This document shows positions 31,920 to 43,573 of a DNA stretch of 64,000 bases, piece by piece. The notes beneath the pieces are model-generated. The model was not told where the DNA came from. It ran no database searches and worked only from the letters and a program-made list of their open reading frames with translations. The position numbers and the translations under genes were made by a program. This DNA comes from Candidatus Latescibacterota bacterium (GTDB lineage Bacteria > Latescibacterota > UBA2968): NCBI GenBank assembly GCA_965198115.1, contig OZ240241.1, positions 64,001-128,000 of the forward strand, read 5' to 3'. Within the stretch, counting starts at the first letter, position 1. The number at the start of each line of letters is the position of its first letter.

Positions 31920-33182
31920 TCACCGCTCCTGTTCCAGATGGCGGATTTCTTCTTCCACCTCCTGGATCATTCTCCTCACCATCTGTTCGACATCCATATT
32001 GTCGGGGCCTCCGCCCATTCCTTCGTTTCCACGGCGTGGGCGGGGTCGATGCCCCGGACCTTCATCGCCTTGTTCGTGGAAGAACCGGAGGACCCTCCCA
32101 ATCCTGGTCTTTTCGTCGTCGCTTGCCCGGGACAGATACTCCTTCGTCGTTTCGAGTGTTCGACGTATGCTCCTGAGCATTGTCAGTTCGGCCTGTATGT
32201 GAGCTCGCTCGGATTTCTCCTCTGTTTGCAGCGTGCTCATGAAGGATTCTTGAAGTTCGGCCGGCAGTTCTTGGATGATCGTCGCGGGATCAGGACCGTC
32301 TTCGTGCGGGCGTCCGTGCGGCCGATCCGATCCTGGTGGAGGCTCGAATCCCTGGCCCGGATGGCCAGGCCCGGGTGGATTTCCGAATCCACGTCCCGGC
32401 TGTCCCTCGCCTGGCGGATTCTGGAATCCTTGTCCCGTTCCTCTGTCGCCCGGGGGATCCTGGAAACCACGCCCTGGTCGACCTTCTCCCTGGGGATTCT
32501 GGGGTCCACCTCCAGTACGTCCCCGTCCCGGGGGGTTCTGGAATCCGCCCCCAGGCTGGCCCTGATCCGGTGGGTTTTGAAATCCCTGCCCGTGGCCCTG
32601 CCCAGGTGGAGGTTGAAAGCCCTGGGGGGGAGGCTGGTGGTCGGGCGGGTTATGAAAGCCACTCTGGCCGTCGGACCCCGCTGGCGCTCCCTGAGCGTTG
32701 ACCAAGCGCACGCGGGCGTCTGCCTCGAACTGCCGCGTGCCCTGCTGGGAACCGAAGGATCCTCGTACGACGCTGATCTCCGCATCGCCACTCAGACTAC
32801 GCGCAGCTTCGAAGCGAAACTTGCCGAGCGACCCTGCGTCCTCCGTCAGGGTGCGGCCGCCCATGATGGCTGTGCTGACGACCACGCTTTCTGGAGTCGT
32901 CCTCGGCGGCATAGAGAGGGCGCCCGTCATCATTCCACCTGCCTGAAAGCCTTTGAAAATCACTTGCTTGGGATCGAATGCGACTTCGATTTCGAATCCG
33001 ATCATCCCGGTAGCCCCTCCCGTTGCCAGGAGCTCGACTTCGACCATTTCACCCGGTTCAACCGTGCGTTCCCGGACCCCCTGATCCCCGGGTGATGCGT
33101 CCAGGTCGAGCAGAACCTGTCCGGCCGCAGTCGAGGCGCACATAGCGACTACGAGACCGGCGATAACGATTAGGCGATTCAT
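31920..33182 (-). CDS. Exported cohesin-like protein with GFQNPPG repeats and a C-terminal helical domain
   Basis: GAGGAGG RBS; signal peptide; PGEMVEVEL..GFEIEVAFDP..GSLGKFRF beta-sandwich; about nine 12-13 aa repeats. Confidence 0.72.
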   Translation of the reverse strand: MNRLIVIAGLVVAMCASTAAGQVLLDLDASPGDQGVRERTVEPGEMVEVELLATGGATGMIGFEIEVAFDPKQVIFKGFQAGGMMTGALSMPPRTTPESVVVSTAIMGGRTLTEDAGSLGKFRFEAARSLSGDAEISVVRGSFGSQQGTRQFEADARVRLVNAQGAPAGSDGQSGFHNPPDHQPPPQGFQPPPGQGHGQGFQNPPDQGQPGGGFQNPPGRGRTGGGPQNPQGEGRPGRGFQDPPGDRGTGQGFQNPPGEGQPGRGFGNPPGPGHPGQGFEPPPGSDRPHGRPHEDGPDPATIIQELPAELQESFMSTLQTEEKSERAHIQAELTMLRSIRRTLETTKEYLSRASDDEKTRIGRVLRFFHEQGDEGPGHRPRPRRGNEGMGGGPDNMDVEQMVRRMIQEVEEEIRHLEQER

Positions 33183-33272
33183 TTTATACCTCCTCGGCCG
33201 ACAAAGACGACTGCCGGCACAGAGTGGATAGAGCACCAAACCCGTTGAACTGTGTGGGCTCTACTGAAGGTC

Positions 33273-34544
33273 CTAAGTGCATGGGTTCATAAACATTATT
33301 ACGTATGTCCTGAACATTATTTGTAGCTTATGTTCTCCTTCAAAAGGAGGAGAACAATGCCAAGACGTTCGCCTTATGTGGTGCTACTGTCTGAGAAGGA
33401 ACGGGTCGACCTCGAGCGAATGGCTGGACAATATACGTTATCGTATTATCAAGTGATCCGATCGAAAATCGTGCTTCTCGCCGCCGAGGGATTATCCAAC
33501 AAGATTATCGCCCAACGCGGTTGGATGTCCCGCGTCCGATCGTAAGCAAATGGCGTAAGCGCTTTTTCGAAGAGCGTCTTTCGGGACTCGAAGATAGATC
33601 TCGTCCCGGGCGCCCGCCCGGTTTTCCCCCCTCAGGTGGTCGTTCAGATCAAGGCGCTGGCGTGTGAACTACCGAGCGAGAGCGGGATACCGCTCTCGCG
33701 GTTCAGCTGTTCCGAGATTGCCGCCGAGGCAGTGCAAAGGGGCTTCGTTGCCAAGATCAGCGGCGCCACTGTCTGGCGCTGGTTGAACGAGGACGCGATT
33801 CGTCCTTGGTATCATCGTTCCTGGATTTTCCCACGGGACCCGGACTTCCAAACCAAAGCAGGTAGAGTCCTTGATCTGTATCACCGCCAATGGCAAGGAA
33901 AGCCTTTAGGGCCGAGGGAATATGTACTTTCTGCCGACGAAAAGACCAGTATTCAAGCACGAGCTCGCAAGCACGTTACCCTACCGCCAGCCTCGAACAG
34001 AGCGGCACGCGTTGAAACACGAATACGAGCGGAAAGGAGCCCTGGCCTATCTGGCTGCTCTCGACGTGCACAATGGTCGAATCTTCGGTCTCTGTGAGTC
34101 TTCTTCGGGTATCGAGCCCTTCAACCGGCTCCTGAGCCTGATCATGAGCCGGAAACCCTATTGCTCGGCAAAGAAAGTCTACCTCATCGTGGATAATGGC
34201 TCCTCGCACCGAGGGCAAACATGCATCGACCGTATCCGGGGGAAGTGGCCAAACATCCACCCCGTTCACCTTCCGATCCACGCAAGCTGGCTCAATCAGA
34301 TCGAGATCTACTTCTCGATCCTCAAACGCAAGGCTCTGACACCTATCGAATTTGCATCGCTCGAAGAGCTTGAGGCAAGAATCCTCGGTTTTCAGGAACG
34401 CTACGGACGTATCGCCACACCCTTCAAATGGAAGTTCACACGAACAGATCTCGCGGAGATGATCGACAAACTCAGGTTCTACGATACGCCCTTGGCAAAG
34501 TCTGCTTAGAATACGTCACCGTATTTGAGAACAGGAGTACTAAG
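33273..34544 (+). mobile_element. IS630 type A copy (extra indels)
   Basis: Near-identical to 13376-14644; CTAAG flanks. Confidence 0.92.
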
Positions 34545-34679
34545 TATACCGATGGATGTGGTCTCCGCACAGTGATAATCGTCACCGCGCCGCAGTGATG
34601 TCCGTCACCGAATGGGCGAAAAATCGTGAAAAAACAAAAAAAGGCACACGTGGCGAGCACGTGCACCCTTCGAAAGAGG

Positions 34680-34755
<76 letters not shown>

Positions 34756-35046
34756 CCCGTCTCCTTCGATCGCGTCGGCAGGACCTCCGCGACAAGGGCA
34801 GAAAATAAAGAAATCCAGTTCGAGGGTCAAGCTCACGGCACTGGAGGCAAAGGGTGTACCTCGCCCTATGGGCCTACCGAATCGCCAGCTCCAGCCGCTT
34901 CCGGTGGCTGAATCCTGTCACTACGTGGCTGATATTTTACCAGTCAGCGGGGAGTGGTGCTTGTGGTTTGACGGGCCGGGTGGAGTCCGGTATTTTCCCG
35001 CGCCTTTCCCTGCAAATCATACTCCCATTTACTGTTAGACGAATCG

Positions 35047-35995
35047 ATGAGTGCTCAGCCCGAGTTCGCCGGGGCCCAATCCGATCGAACGGTGGTCCCA
35101 TCTGAGGACGAGATCGGGTCTCTGTCCCTCCGGTTCGTACTCCTCGGATTGGCTCTGGTCCTCGTGCTGGATGCCGTGGCGATCCACGTGCGGTACGTGT
35201 ATCGCGGGTCTCTGATGACCTATAGCCACGTGCCCATGGCGATGCTCATGGTGTTGATCCGTCGGGTCAACAGGTGCGGCTGTTCGGGAAAATTCACCTG
35301 CTTCTCGATATCGACGCCCAGGTCCTCGTATCGATCGAGTGCGTTTCGATCGTGATGGTTCCGGGCGGGTATCGGGCCATTTCGCCCTACTACTACCTCA
35401 GCGACGTGTCGCCCAGAGAACTGTAGACACCGGGCAACGAGGAAGGACAATGAGGCGTGCCCAACTTGGGTGGAGAACGAGAACCAAACAGTTCGGCATC
35501 GCGAAGCTCTTTCCCTACGATCGGCGAGGTCACGCACCCTTCTCGTGATGCCGTGTGCGGTCCTCGTTCCGGCCGAGCGGCAACTGATCTACGAGTTCGA
35601 AGTGGACAAGGTGGCCTCGTTCGACGGATCGTTCTTGCAATCCTCCGATGACCGGCCCATACTATTCGACGCGCTGAAACCCAAGATCATAGGGGTGGGG
35701 TTCGTCGTGGGGATCACGATTTTCGTGGTTCCGTCGATCTTCGGACTGCCCATCCTTCTGGTCTTCGGCTACATTCAAAGTCTGACACAGATCCCGCACG
35801 TTCTGGTGACACAGATCGTCGGCGCGTTACTCGCTCGTTTCTACTTCTGGAAGAAGTACGGCCGCCAACAGTGGCGACTTTATGCGGCGGTCCTCGTGGT
35901 CGGCTCCTCCGTGGGAATGGCACTCGTGGGAATGGCCCCGGTGTCGGTCGCGATGATCCAGAAGTCCGTTTCCGTCCTGCTCTTCTATTCCTTCG
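35047..35995 (+). pseudogene. Fragments of OPT-like/DUF6785-like membrane transporters
   Basis: N-terminal TM segment 35047-35260 and a C-terminal multi-TM segment ~35650-35990 (GALLARFYFWKKYG..WRLYAAVLVVG), separated by unrelated sequence. Confidence 0.4.
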
Positions 35996-35999
35996 GCCC

Positions 36000-36689
36000 A
36001 TGTCCAACACTCCCGAATTCGAATTCCTTCGACAGGTGTCGCTGTTCGATTGTCTGACCGACGACGAGGTCGAGGGATTGGCCGACGTGGCTGGCAGTCA
36101 GAACTTCAGCAAGAACGCGCTGGTCATTCTGGCCGAAGACGAAGGAGACGCCTTCTTCCTGATTAAGAAGGGTCGTGTTAAAGTGAGTGTGACCGGCCGA
36201 GACGGACGGGAGATCATTCTGTCTCTTCTGGACGCCGGAGAATATTTCGGCGAGTTCTCTCTGTTGGACGGTCGTCCACGCTCCGCGGATGTGACGACCC
36301 TGGACCCCTCCGAACTACTCGTCGTTCGCCGGCAAGACTTCCTCACCGTCATCCAGCAGCATTCGGCCATTCCCATCAACCTGATGATCACGCTCGCAGG
36401 ACGTCTGAGGAACTCCGACAGACAGGTTGCCGGGCTCGCGCTGCTGGGCATTTCCGAACGTATCTGCTGTGTGTTGCTGTCGATCGCCGAAGAACAGGGC
36501 GTGGAAACGGACGAGGGGATCGTTATCAAACAGCGCCCGACACACCAGGTGCTGGCAGCCATGTCCGGTACGGCCCGCGAAACGATCACCCGCGTGATGC
36601 GTCGTTTGGCGGACGAAGGTTACATTCGGTCGAAGGGACGCGAATTGATCATCCTCAAACAGGCGGAGGACGATGCAGAATCTCTCTGA
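36000..36689 (+). CDS. Crp/Fnr-family transcriptional regulator
   Basis: YFGEFSLLDGRPRSAD; HTH THQVLAAMSGTARETITR. Confidence 0.92.
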   Translation: MSNTPEFEFLRQVSLFDCLTDDEVEGLADVAGSQNFSKNALVILAEDEGDAFFLIKKGRVKVSVTGRDGREIILSLLDAGEYFGEFSLLDGRPRSADVTTLDPSELLVVRRQDFLTVIQQHSAIPINLMITLAGRLRNSDRQVAGLALLGISERICCVLLSIAEEQGVETDEGIVIKQRPTHQVLAAMSGTARETITRVMRRLADEGYIRSKGRELIILKQAEDDAESL

Positions 36690-37128
36690 CGCATTGATCC
36701 GTATTCCGTTGTTCAAGGACATCACCCCGACCGAGTGCAAGCCTTTGCTGAGCCTGTGCAAGCCGGCGGCCTATGAGGCCGGGACGAAGATCTATGAAGC
36801 CGGCTCACCCGGTACGGAGATGCTCATTCTCCTCAAAGGGTCGGTTCAGGTGGTTCTGCCCGAAGGCACCCAGGTGGCGACCGTTTCGGCGATCGACACG
36901 GTGGGAGAGATGGAGATCGTTTCCGCCCTTCAGAGAACGGCCGACATCGTGGCGGCCGAAGACGTGTCGGGTATGACGATCGGCAAGGGCGTTTTGGAGG
37001 GGCTCTTTCAAAACGAGCCCTACCTGGGGATCAGTCTGCTGAGGAACATCGTCGAGAACATCGCCCATAAGTTGAGTGAGACGGATAAAGAGCTGGCCGC
37101 TCGGATCAGTCACGAGGGCAGAGGGTAG
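36673..37128 (+). CDS. Cyclic nucleotide-binding domain protein
   Basis: IPLFKD..IYEAG..VGEMEIV..RTADIVA. Confidence 0.85.
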   Translation: MQNLSDALIRIPLFKDITPTECKPLLSLCKPAAYEAGTKIYEAGSPGTEMLILLKGSVQVVLPEGTQVATVSAIDTVGEMEIVSALQRTADIVAAEDVSGMTIGKGVLEGLFQNEPYLGISLLRNIVENIAHKLSETDKELAARISHEGRG

Positions 37129-37130
37129 CG

Positions 37131-38129
37131 GTGACGGATGAACGTTTTCTGATTACGGGGGCACTCGGGTGCATCGGTGCCTGGGCGGTCCGAAATCTCG
37201 TGCGCGAGGGCGCGGGCGTGACGGTTTTCGACTTGGATTCCGAACCGCGTCGGTTAAGGCTACTTCTGACGGACGAGGAGTTGGCGCAAGTCGGGTTCGT
37301 GGCCGGCGATATCACCGACCTCGCCAGTTTTGAGCGTGCCCTTGATGATCACGAGATTACTCACGTCATCCACCTCGCGGGGTTGCAGGTCCCGTTCTGC
37401 AAGGCCGATCCTCCACTCGGGGCGCGTGTGAACGTCGTGGGCACTGCCAACGTGTTCGAGGCCGTGAAGCGACGTAAGGATCGCATTTCTCGCGTGACCT
37501 ACGCCAGTTCGATCGCCGTATTCGGCGCGCCCGAGGACTATGAGCCGGGCAAAGCGTTGACGGAGGACGACCGCCCGATTCCGCATACGCACTACGGCGT
37601 CTACAAACAGGCCAACGAGGGAACGGCTCACGTCTACTGGGCCGATGACGGTCTTCCCTCTGTGGGACTCCGGCCCTACGTCGTGTATGGAGTTGCCAGA
37701 GACCAGGGTCTGTCGTCGACACCGACGACGGCGATGCTGGCGGCGGCAGCCGAGTTGCCGTATCATATTTCCTATGGCGGCCGGACCGTGTTTCAATACG
37801 CTGAGGACACGGCGAATGCGTTCATTCAGAGTGCGCGCTCGTCGTATGAGGGTGCTGGAGCTTTCAATCTCAGCGGTCAGACGGTCCACATGCAGGAGCT
37901 CAAAGATGCCCTCGTTGAGGCCGTTCCCGATGCGGCCTCGTTGATTACGTTCGAGGACTTCCAGTTGCCCTTTCCGACAGAGATCGATGGGTCGGGCCTG
38001 GAGATCGCCGTGGGTCCGGTTACACACAAGCCGCTCGAAGAAGGTGTTGCGGAAACGGTTGAGATGTTCCGCGAGCTCCTCGAGTCTGGAAGGATCGATG
38101 CCCGTCAGTATGTGGAGGAACGATCTTAA
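37131..38129 (+). CDS. NAD-dependent epimerase/dehydratase (extended SDR)
   Basis: ITGALGCIG, YASS, YGVYK. Confidence 0.9.
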   Translation: MTDERFLITGALGCIGAWAVRNLVREGAGVTVFDLDSEPRRLRLLLTDEELAQVGFVAGDITDLASFERALDDHEITHVIHLAGLQVPFCKADPPLGARVNVVGTANVFEAVKRRKDRISRVTYASSIAVFGAPEDYEPGKALTEDDRPIPHTHYGVYKQANEGTAHVYWADDGLPSVGLRPYVVYGVARDQGLSSTPTTAMLAAAAELPYHISYGGRTVFQYAEDTANAFIQSARSSYEGAGAFNLSGQTVHMQELKDALVEAVPDAASLITFEDFQLPFPTEIDGSGLEIAVGPVTHKPLEEGVAETVEMFRELLESGRIDARQYVEERS

Positions 38130-38206
38130 GTCGGGACGAGCCGCGCCTTGTTCGAGCCGATCCTCCCGGATCGGCTTCGCTTTTTTATTGCCTGGGGAGG
38201 GTCTTT

Positions 38207-39389
38207 TTGCCGGACTATGATCTGATTGTTCGGGGTGGACACGTCATCGATTCTGCGAGCGGTCACGATGGTGTCGCGGACGTGGGTGTAAGAACCGGGC
38301 GAATCGGAGCCGTGGGAGAGATCGAGGGCACGGCTGCTCGGGAAATCGATGCCACCGGACGTTACGTGATCCCCGGGTTGATCGATCTCCACACGCATCT
38401 GTTCAAGGATTTTTCGATGTTCGGCATCGACGTCGACGAGCTCAGTCCGAGAACGGGTGTGACGACTTCGGTCGACACAGGCACAGCTGGATGGATCAAC
38501 TACGCGGGTTTTCGAAAAGTGATCATGGAGCCTGCGGAAACGCGTGTCCTGGCGTATGTGAATCTATCGGGCGTGGGATTGCCGTGGCGAAGCGGAGAGG
38601 GTGTTCGAGGGATACGTGCAGCCTGGAGCGTGCGCCCAGGCGATTCGCGACTTCCCCGAGAACACGGTCGGCGTGAAGGTGCGGCTCTACCGCGGAGTGG
38701 GTGGCGACGCAGACCTGAGGGATCTGTTGCAGATCGCGATCGATGCCGCGCACCGGTGCGAGAAACCACTCATGGTCCATATCAGCGGGTCGGATGTGCC
38801 GGTCAGCGATCTTCTGGCGCCCTTGAGACCCGGCGATGTGATCACGCATTGCTTTCACGGTGGAGAGATCGCTTCGATTCTGGATGGCTCAGGCAAGGTG
38901 CGTCCAGAGGTGAGAGAAGCACGTGCCCGCGGCATCGTGTTCGATATCGGTCACGGTTTCGGCAGCTTCAGTTTCGATGTGGGCAGAGCGGCGATGGAGG
39001 ATGGCTTTCCGCCGGATACGATCAGCAGCGACATTCACACTCTGAACATCGACGGTCCGGTCTACGACCTTCCGACGACGGTCTCCAAGTTCCTCCATCT
39101 GGGAATGCCGCTGGGAGAAGCCGTGCAGCGGGTGACGTTGGAGCCGGCGCGGGCCCTCGGCGTGGACGACGAATTGGGCACACTGGGGGTTGGAGCAGTC
39201 GCCGACATTGCGGTGCTCGACCTGGAGGAGGGCGAATTCGAACTCGTCGATTCGAGTGAGGTGGCGGTGACGGGGAGTCAGAAGCTGCGGTGCGCGGCGA
39301 CGGTGAAGGATGGGATGGTTGTCTACGAGAACCTGATATCAGAGATCAGATCAGAGATACACGACATCGGAGAGAAACGGATACGATAG
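38207..39389 (+). CDS. Amidohydrolase/deacetylase (dihydroorotase-like), frameshift ~38600
   Basis: PGLIDLHTH, VDTGTAG, VGVKVR, MVHI, THCFH, DIGHG, ISSDIH. Confidence 0.85.
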
Positions 39390-39399
39390 GAGGCGGTCG

Positions 39400-40353
39400 A
39401 TGGCAGTCGATACGGCGAACGGGACGCTGGTGAACCCATTTGGTCTGTTGGATAACGATGGATACGAGTGGCTGAAGGGAAACCTTCACTCGCACACGAC
39501 GAATTCTGATGGAACCGTGGACCCACAGACACGGTTGGACGGGTATGCGGAGGCGGGCTACGATTATCTATGCCTGTCGGATCACCGCAGAATCACGTGG
39601 GTCGACTCGGTGGAGGCGCCCGAAGGATTCGTGCTCGTTCAAGGGGCGGAGCTGCATCCCGAGAATCCGTTCGGCGGTCAGCGACACCATTTCGTCTGTC
39701 TTGGACTGGATGAGGACATGGACGCCGATGTGATGCCGCCTCAGCTTGTCATCGATCGGGTGCGATCGCAGGGTGGACAGGTCTGGCTGGCCCATCCCCA
39801 CTGGAGTTCGGTGAATATCGCACGCGATACCCTGCCCCTTGAAGGCTTTTCGGGCATCGAGGTTTTCAACACCGTCTGCCGGTGCATGGGGCGGGGTGAA
39901 TCCTCGGTCCATTGGGATGATTGGATGGAACAGGAGCAGAAGCTGTATCCTATGCTGGCCAACGACGACCTGCACGGAGACCCAGAGAATCCGAAGGGTG
40001 GTCGGTACGACTGGTATCAGGGGTGGACGATGGCGTGCGTCAAGGAGCGCACCCCGGAGGCCGTCCTCGAAGCACTCTCGAGCGGCGCGAGCTACGGATC
40101 GACGGGCCCCGTCATCAAGGACATCACTTTGACAAAGTCCGGCGATGACGTCGAGGCAACGGTCAGGTGCTCGGAGGCCCAGCGGATTTTCGCCGTGTGC
40201 AACACGACCGGCGGCGAGTACCAGGAGCGGGGACGGACGTTCGAGGAGGCGACGTTCCCGGTGAAGAAGGGGGCGAAGTGGGTACGGTTCGAAGTGGTGG
40301 GGCCGGATGGGACGAAGGCGTGGTCGAATCCGTTCGATCTGACGGAACTTTAA
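39400..40353 (+). CDS. PHP-domain (CehA/McbA-like) metallohydrolase
   Basis: KGNLHSHTTNSDG, LSDH, AHPHW, ANDDLH. Confidence 0.85.
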   Translation: MAVDTANGTLVNPFGLLDNDGYEWLKGNLHSHTTNSDGTVDPQTRLDGYAEAGYDYLCLSDHRRITWVDSVEAPEGFVLVQGAELHPENPFGGQRHHFVCLGLDEDMDADVMPPQLVIDRVRSQGGQVWLAHPHWSSVNIARDTLPLEGFSGIEVFNTVCRCMGRGESSVHWDDWMEQEQKLYPMLANDDLHGDPENPKGGRYDWYQGWTMACVKERTPEAVLEALSSGASYGSTGPVIKDITLTKSGDDVEATVRCSEAQRIFAVCNTTGGEYQERGRTFEEATFPVKKGAKWVRFEVVGPDGTKAWSNPFDLTEL

Positions 40354-40460
40354 CCACGGAGACACGAAGAAAAGCCTTAGAGGACATTCAGAGACCGTGC
40401 CGATGAGCGATCATGGAATCATGATGAGAAATCACCGAATTGCGAACCACGAGGTGTTGT

Positions 40461-41522
40461 ATGCTGATCGTTGATGCGCATCTGGATCTGGCGATGAACG
40501 CGCTCAACTTGGACCGCGATCTGGATCTTCCTGTGATGGAGATTCGGGAACGTGAGCGAGACATGACGCAAAAGGGGCGGGGTCGAGGGACGGTGTCTTT
40601 TCCCGAAATGCGCAAGGGAGAGGTCGGTCTGTCCGTAGCGACCGTCATCAAGCGGACGGCGTGGCAGGGGAGCCCGGCGAGCGGAGCGGCGAGTCAGGAA
40701 ATTTCTTACGCCGCAGCCCAGGGCCAGCTGGCCTACTATCGCGTGCTCGAGTCGCAGGGAAAAGTAAGACTGATCGATAACGTGGCGGCGCTGGACGCGC
40801 ATCTGACCTCGTGGAATCAGGATTCGGGCGCCGCACCGCTGGGGATGATCCTGAGTATGGAGGGTGCAGACCCGATCGCGTGGCCGGAGCAAGCCGCATC
40901 GTGGTGGGACGATGGCTTGAGAATCGTCAGCCTGTCCCATTACGGGTTCAGTGCCTACGCTTACGGGACCGATACGGAGGGCGGCGTCACCGAGAAGGGC
41001 GAAGCGCTGCTCGGAGAGATGTCCAGGCTGGGAATGGTGTTGGATACGACGCATCTGGCCGATCAGGCTTTTTGGGAGGCGATGGACCTGTTCGACGGCC
41101 GGGTCATGGCCAGCCACCAGAACAGCAGGACGCTCGTGCCGGGTGTTCGTCAGTTCACGGACGATCAGCTCAAGGCTGTGATTGAGCGGGATGGCGTGAT
41201 CGGCGCCGCGCTGGACGCGTGGATGCTGTATCCGGATTGGATCAAGGGTGAGACACGGCCCGAGGTCGTGGGTCTCGATGCCGTCGCGAACCACATCGAC
41301 CACGTCTGTCAGCTGGCCGGGAACCGAAGACACGCTGCGATCGGTAGCGATCTGGACGGGGGCTACGGGACGGAACAGACTCCGCACGATTGCAACACGA
41401 TCGCGGACCTTCAGCACATTGCTCCCCTCCTGGCCAAGAAGGGATACAGCGACGAGGATGTTGCAGCGGTGATGCACGGGAATTGGATTAGGTTTTTTCG
41501 AGAAGTGTTGCCGGCCAGCTGA
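40461..41522 (+). CDS. Membrane dipeptidase (peptidase M19)
   Basis: VDAHLD, MEGAD, LDTTHL, ASHQN, IGSDLDGG, GNW. Confidence 0.9.
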   Translation: MLIVDAHLDLAMNALNLDRDLDLPVMEIRERERDMTQKGRGRGTVSFPEMRKGEVGLSVATVIKRTAWQGSPASGAASQEISYAAAQGQLAYYRVLESQGKVRLIDNVAALDAHLTSWNQDSGAAPLGMILSMEGADPIAWPEQAASWWDDGLRIVSLSHYGFSAYAYGTDTEGGVTEKGEALLGEMSRLGMVLDTTHLADQAFWEAMDLFDGRVMASHQNSRTLVPGVRQFTDDQLKAVIERDGVIGAALDAWMLYPDWIKGETRPEVVGLDAVANHIDHVCQLAGNRRHAAIGSDLDGGYGTEQTPHDCNTIADLQHIAPLLAKKGYSDEDVAAVMHGNWIRFFREVLPAS

Positions 41523-41611
41523 ACCACCAAGACGCTAGTTAGAAGTTTAAAGGAGGTTGAAGCGGAGATAAGTGTTCGGGTAGACACCCGAACAATAACC
41601 TGAGGTTCTCA

Positions 41612-42098
41612 CTGGCGCTCGGCCAGTTCCAGCTTGTAGGCCACGGTGTCGACAGCGATGATCTTTCCGGCCGAAGCAAGGACGCCGCCCTGGATGACGT
41701 TCAGCCCGACGCCGCCGCACCCGAAGACCGCCATGGTTGCACCCTGCTCAACCCTCGCGCGATTGACCACGGCCCCGATCCCGGTGATGACCCCGCAGCT
41801 GATGAGACAGGCCTTCTCCAGCTGCGTGTCGTCCGGGACCTTGACGCACGCGTCTGCGAGGACGATGGACTGCTCGGCGAACGTGGGTCTTTGCGTGATA
41901 GACCGGCTCTCCGGCCTTCCTCATGCGGGACAGGGGATCCCGGGGATGGGTCTCGCACAGGGCCGGCTTCCCGCTGCTGCAGTTCCGACAACGACCGCAC
42001 ATGGCGTCGAGCGAGAGGATGATCTTGTCGCCTGCGGCGACGCCCCTGCCCCCCGGACCGGCCTCTCGGACCACGCCGGCCCCTTCGTGTCCCATGAC
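41612..42098 (-). pseudogene. Zn-dependent alcohol dehydrogenase internal fragment
   Basis: GHEGAG, CGRCRNC..C, SCGVITG, FGCGGVGLN across frames. Confidence 0.75.
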
Positions 42099-42153
42099 CC
42101 AAAGGATTTTCTTTCGCCTTAAGATCAATTTGTATACTATTCGTTTGAAAAAT

Positions 42154-43573
42154 GGCTATATCTGGATCTCTCAACGAGATGAAGTGGGTGAAGGTGCCGT
42201 GGTTCCTGGCATGGGGGCGCGGTTAGCGTGTGCGGAACCTCTTCGGAATCTGCTCAGGGATGTTTATGTCTCCGACGGTAAGGAAGATCATATCGTTGAA
42301 TGCGTCGAGTGTGCGGAATCCGCTGGCTCGGTTCTTGACGATTTGGACGATTCGGTTGAGGCCTTCGGCGATGGCGTTGGTAAGACGCGTGTTCACGAAT
42401 GCGAGGACGCCGAAGAAGTGCTGTCGCAGGGTCCTGACGAACTTTCGCAGGGGTTCACGTCGACTTCTGAGTGCGGACGTCGTCCAGCATTTCAGGAAGC
42501 GTTCGGCAGCCCAGGGCGCTTTGTATTCCCAGAACTGCTCGAACTCGTCCTTGAGTCTCCAGGCTCTATAGATTCGGTAGTTCGCCTTCTCCAGTGCTTT
42601 GAGTGTCCGAGTATCCCCTCTGGAGCGTGTCGCTGAGTGCCGGTAGAGGAGCCATCGGAGGCCCTTCATGGCTTTGCGCTCATCCGGGGCAGCTTTACGC
42701 CACTGGTCCTTACGGACCTCGTCAACGGCGGCATTGAGAGCCTTGACGATGTGAAAGCGATCGAGGACCAGCTTGGCATTCGGACAGTGTTCCTGGATGG
42801 CTCCGATGTAAGCTTCGCTCATGTCGCAGCAGGCCCACTCGATCTTGGATCTCTGGTAGGGACTGAGAGCCTCTGTGAAGAACCGATCGATCGTTTTACG
42901 CGCCCTGCCGCGGCCAACCCACACCACGCAGGAGCGGTCCAGATCGTAAACGAGCGTGGCGTACCTGTGACGCTTGGCGTAGGAGATCTCGTCGATCCCG
43001 ATGGTTTTGAGCCCTCGGATACGATGACCTTCACGAAGCCGCGTGATGGATCGGTGAAGGAGATCCGACAGCGTCGAGGCAGAGATGCGCAGCAACTCGG
43101 ACGCCGCCTTCTGCGTCATGGTCTGGCAGTAGCGCAGCATGGCATACTCGAAGCGATACGTCACCCGAGAGAACCGCTCCGCCCACGGAATCTCCTCGAC
43201 CACACGACCGTGGGTAGGACACCGAATCTCCCGAGGATGGTAGAGAAGCCAGACCCTCCACCCGCACACCGGAATGTCACGCCACCGACGCGGATGGGGC
43301 ATTGTGCGGACGATTTTACCTCGACGGCCGCACTCCGGACAACAACAACCATTCTTATGTGGCTTTACGGCGATGACGAAACAGCTTCTCCCCTCAAACC
43401 ACCAGCTGACAACACGGAACCCCTTGAATCTCAGCAGTTTCGATAGTAATCTGCTCCCGGTCATAGGTCGCACCCCCTTCGCTTTGATTGTCCTACACAC
43501 ACAACCAAGCGTAGGGAACGATCTATGACCTTGTCATTCTATAGTTTCACCGTTGAGAAACCCGGATAGAGCC
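42154..43573 (-). mobile_element. ISL3-family element, intact transposase 42223..43500
   Basis: Same TIRs as the 19258 copy; 8-bp TSD TGAAAAAT. Confidence 0.95.

Noticed and set aside
31205-32670. Periodic 30-39 bp DNA repeats as CRISPR or non-coding repeats
   Set aside because: They are in-frame coding repeats with synonymous variation and no spacers.
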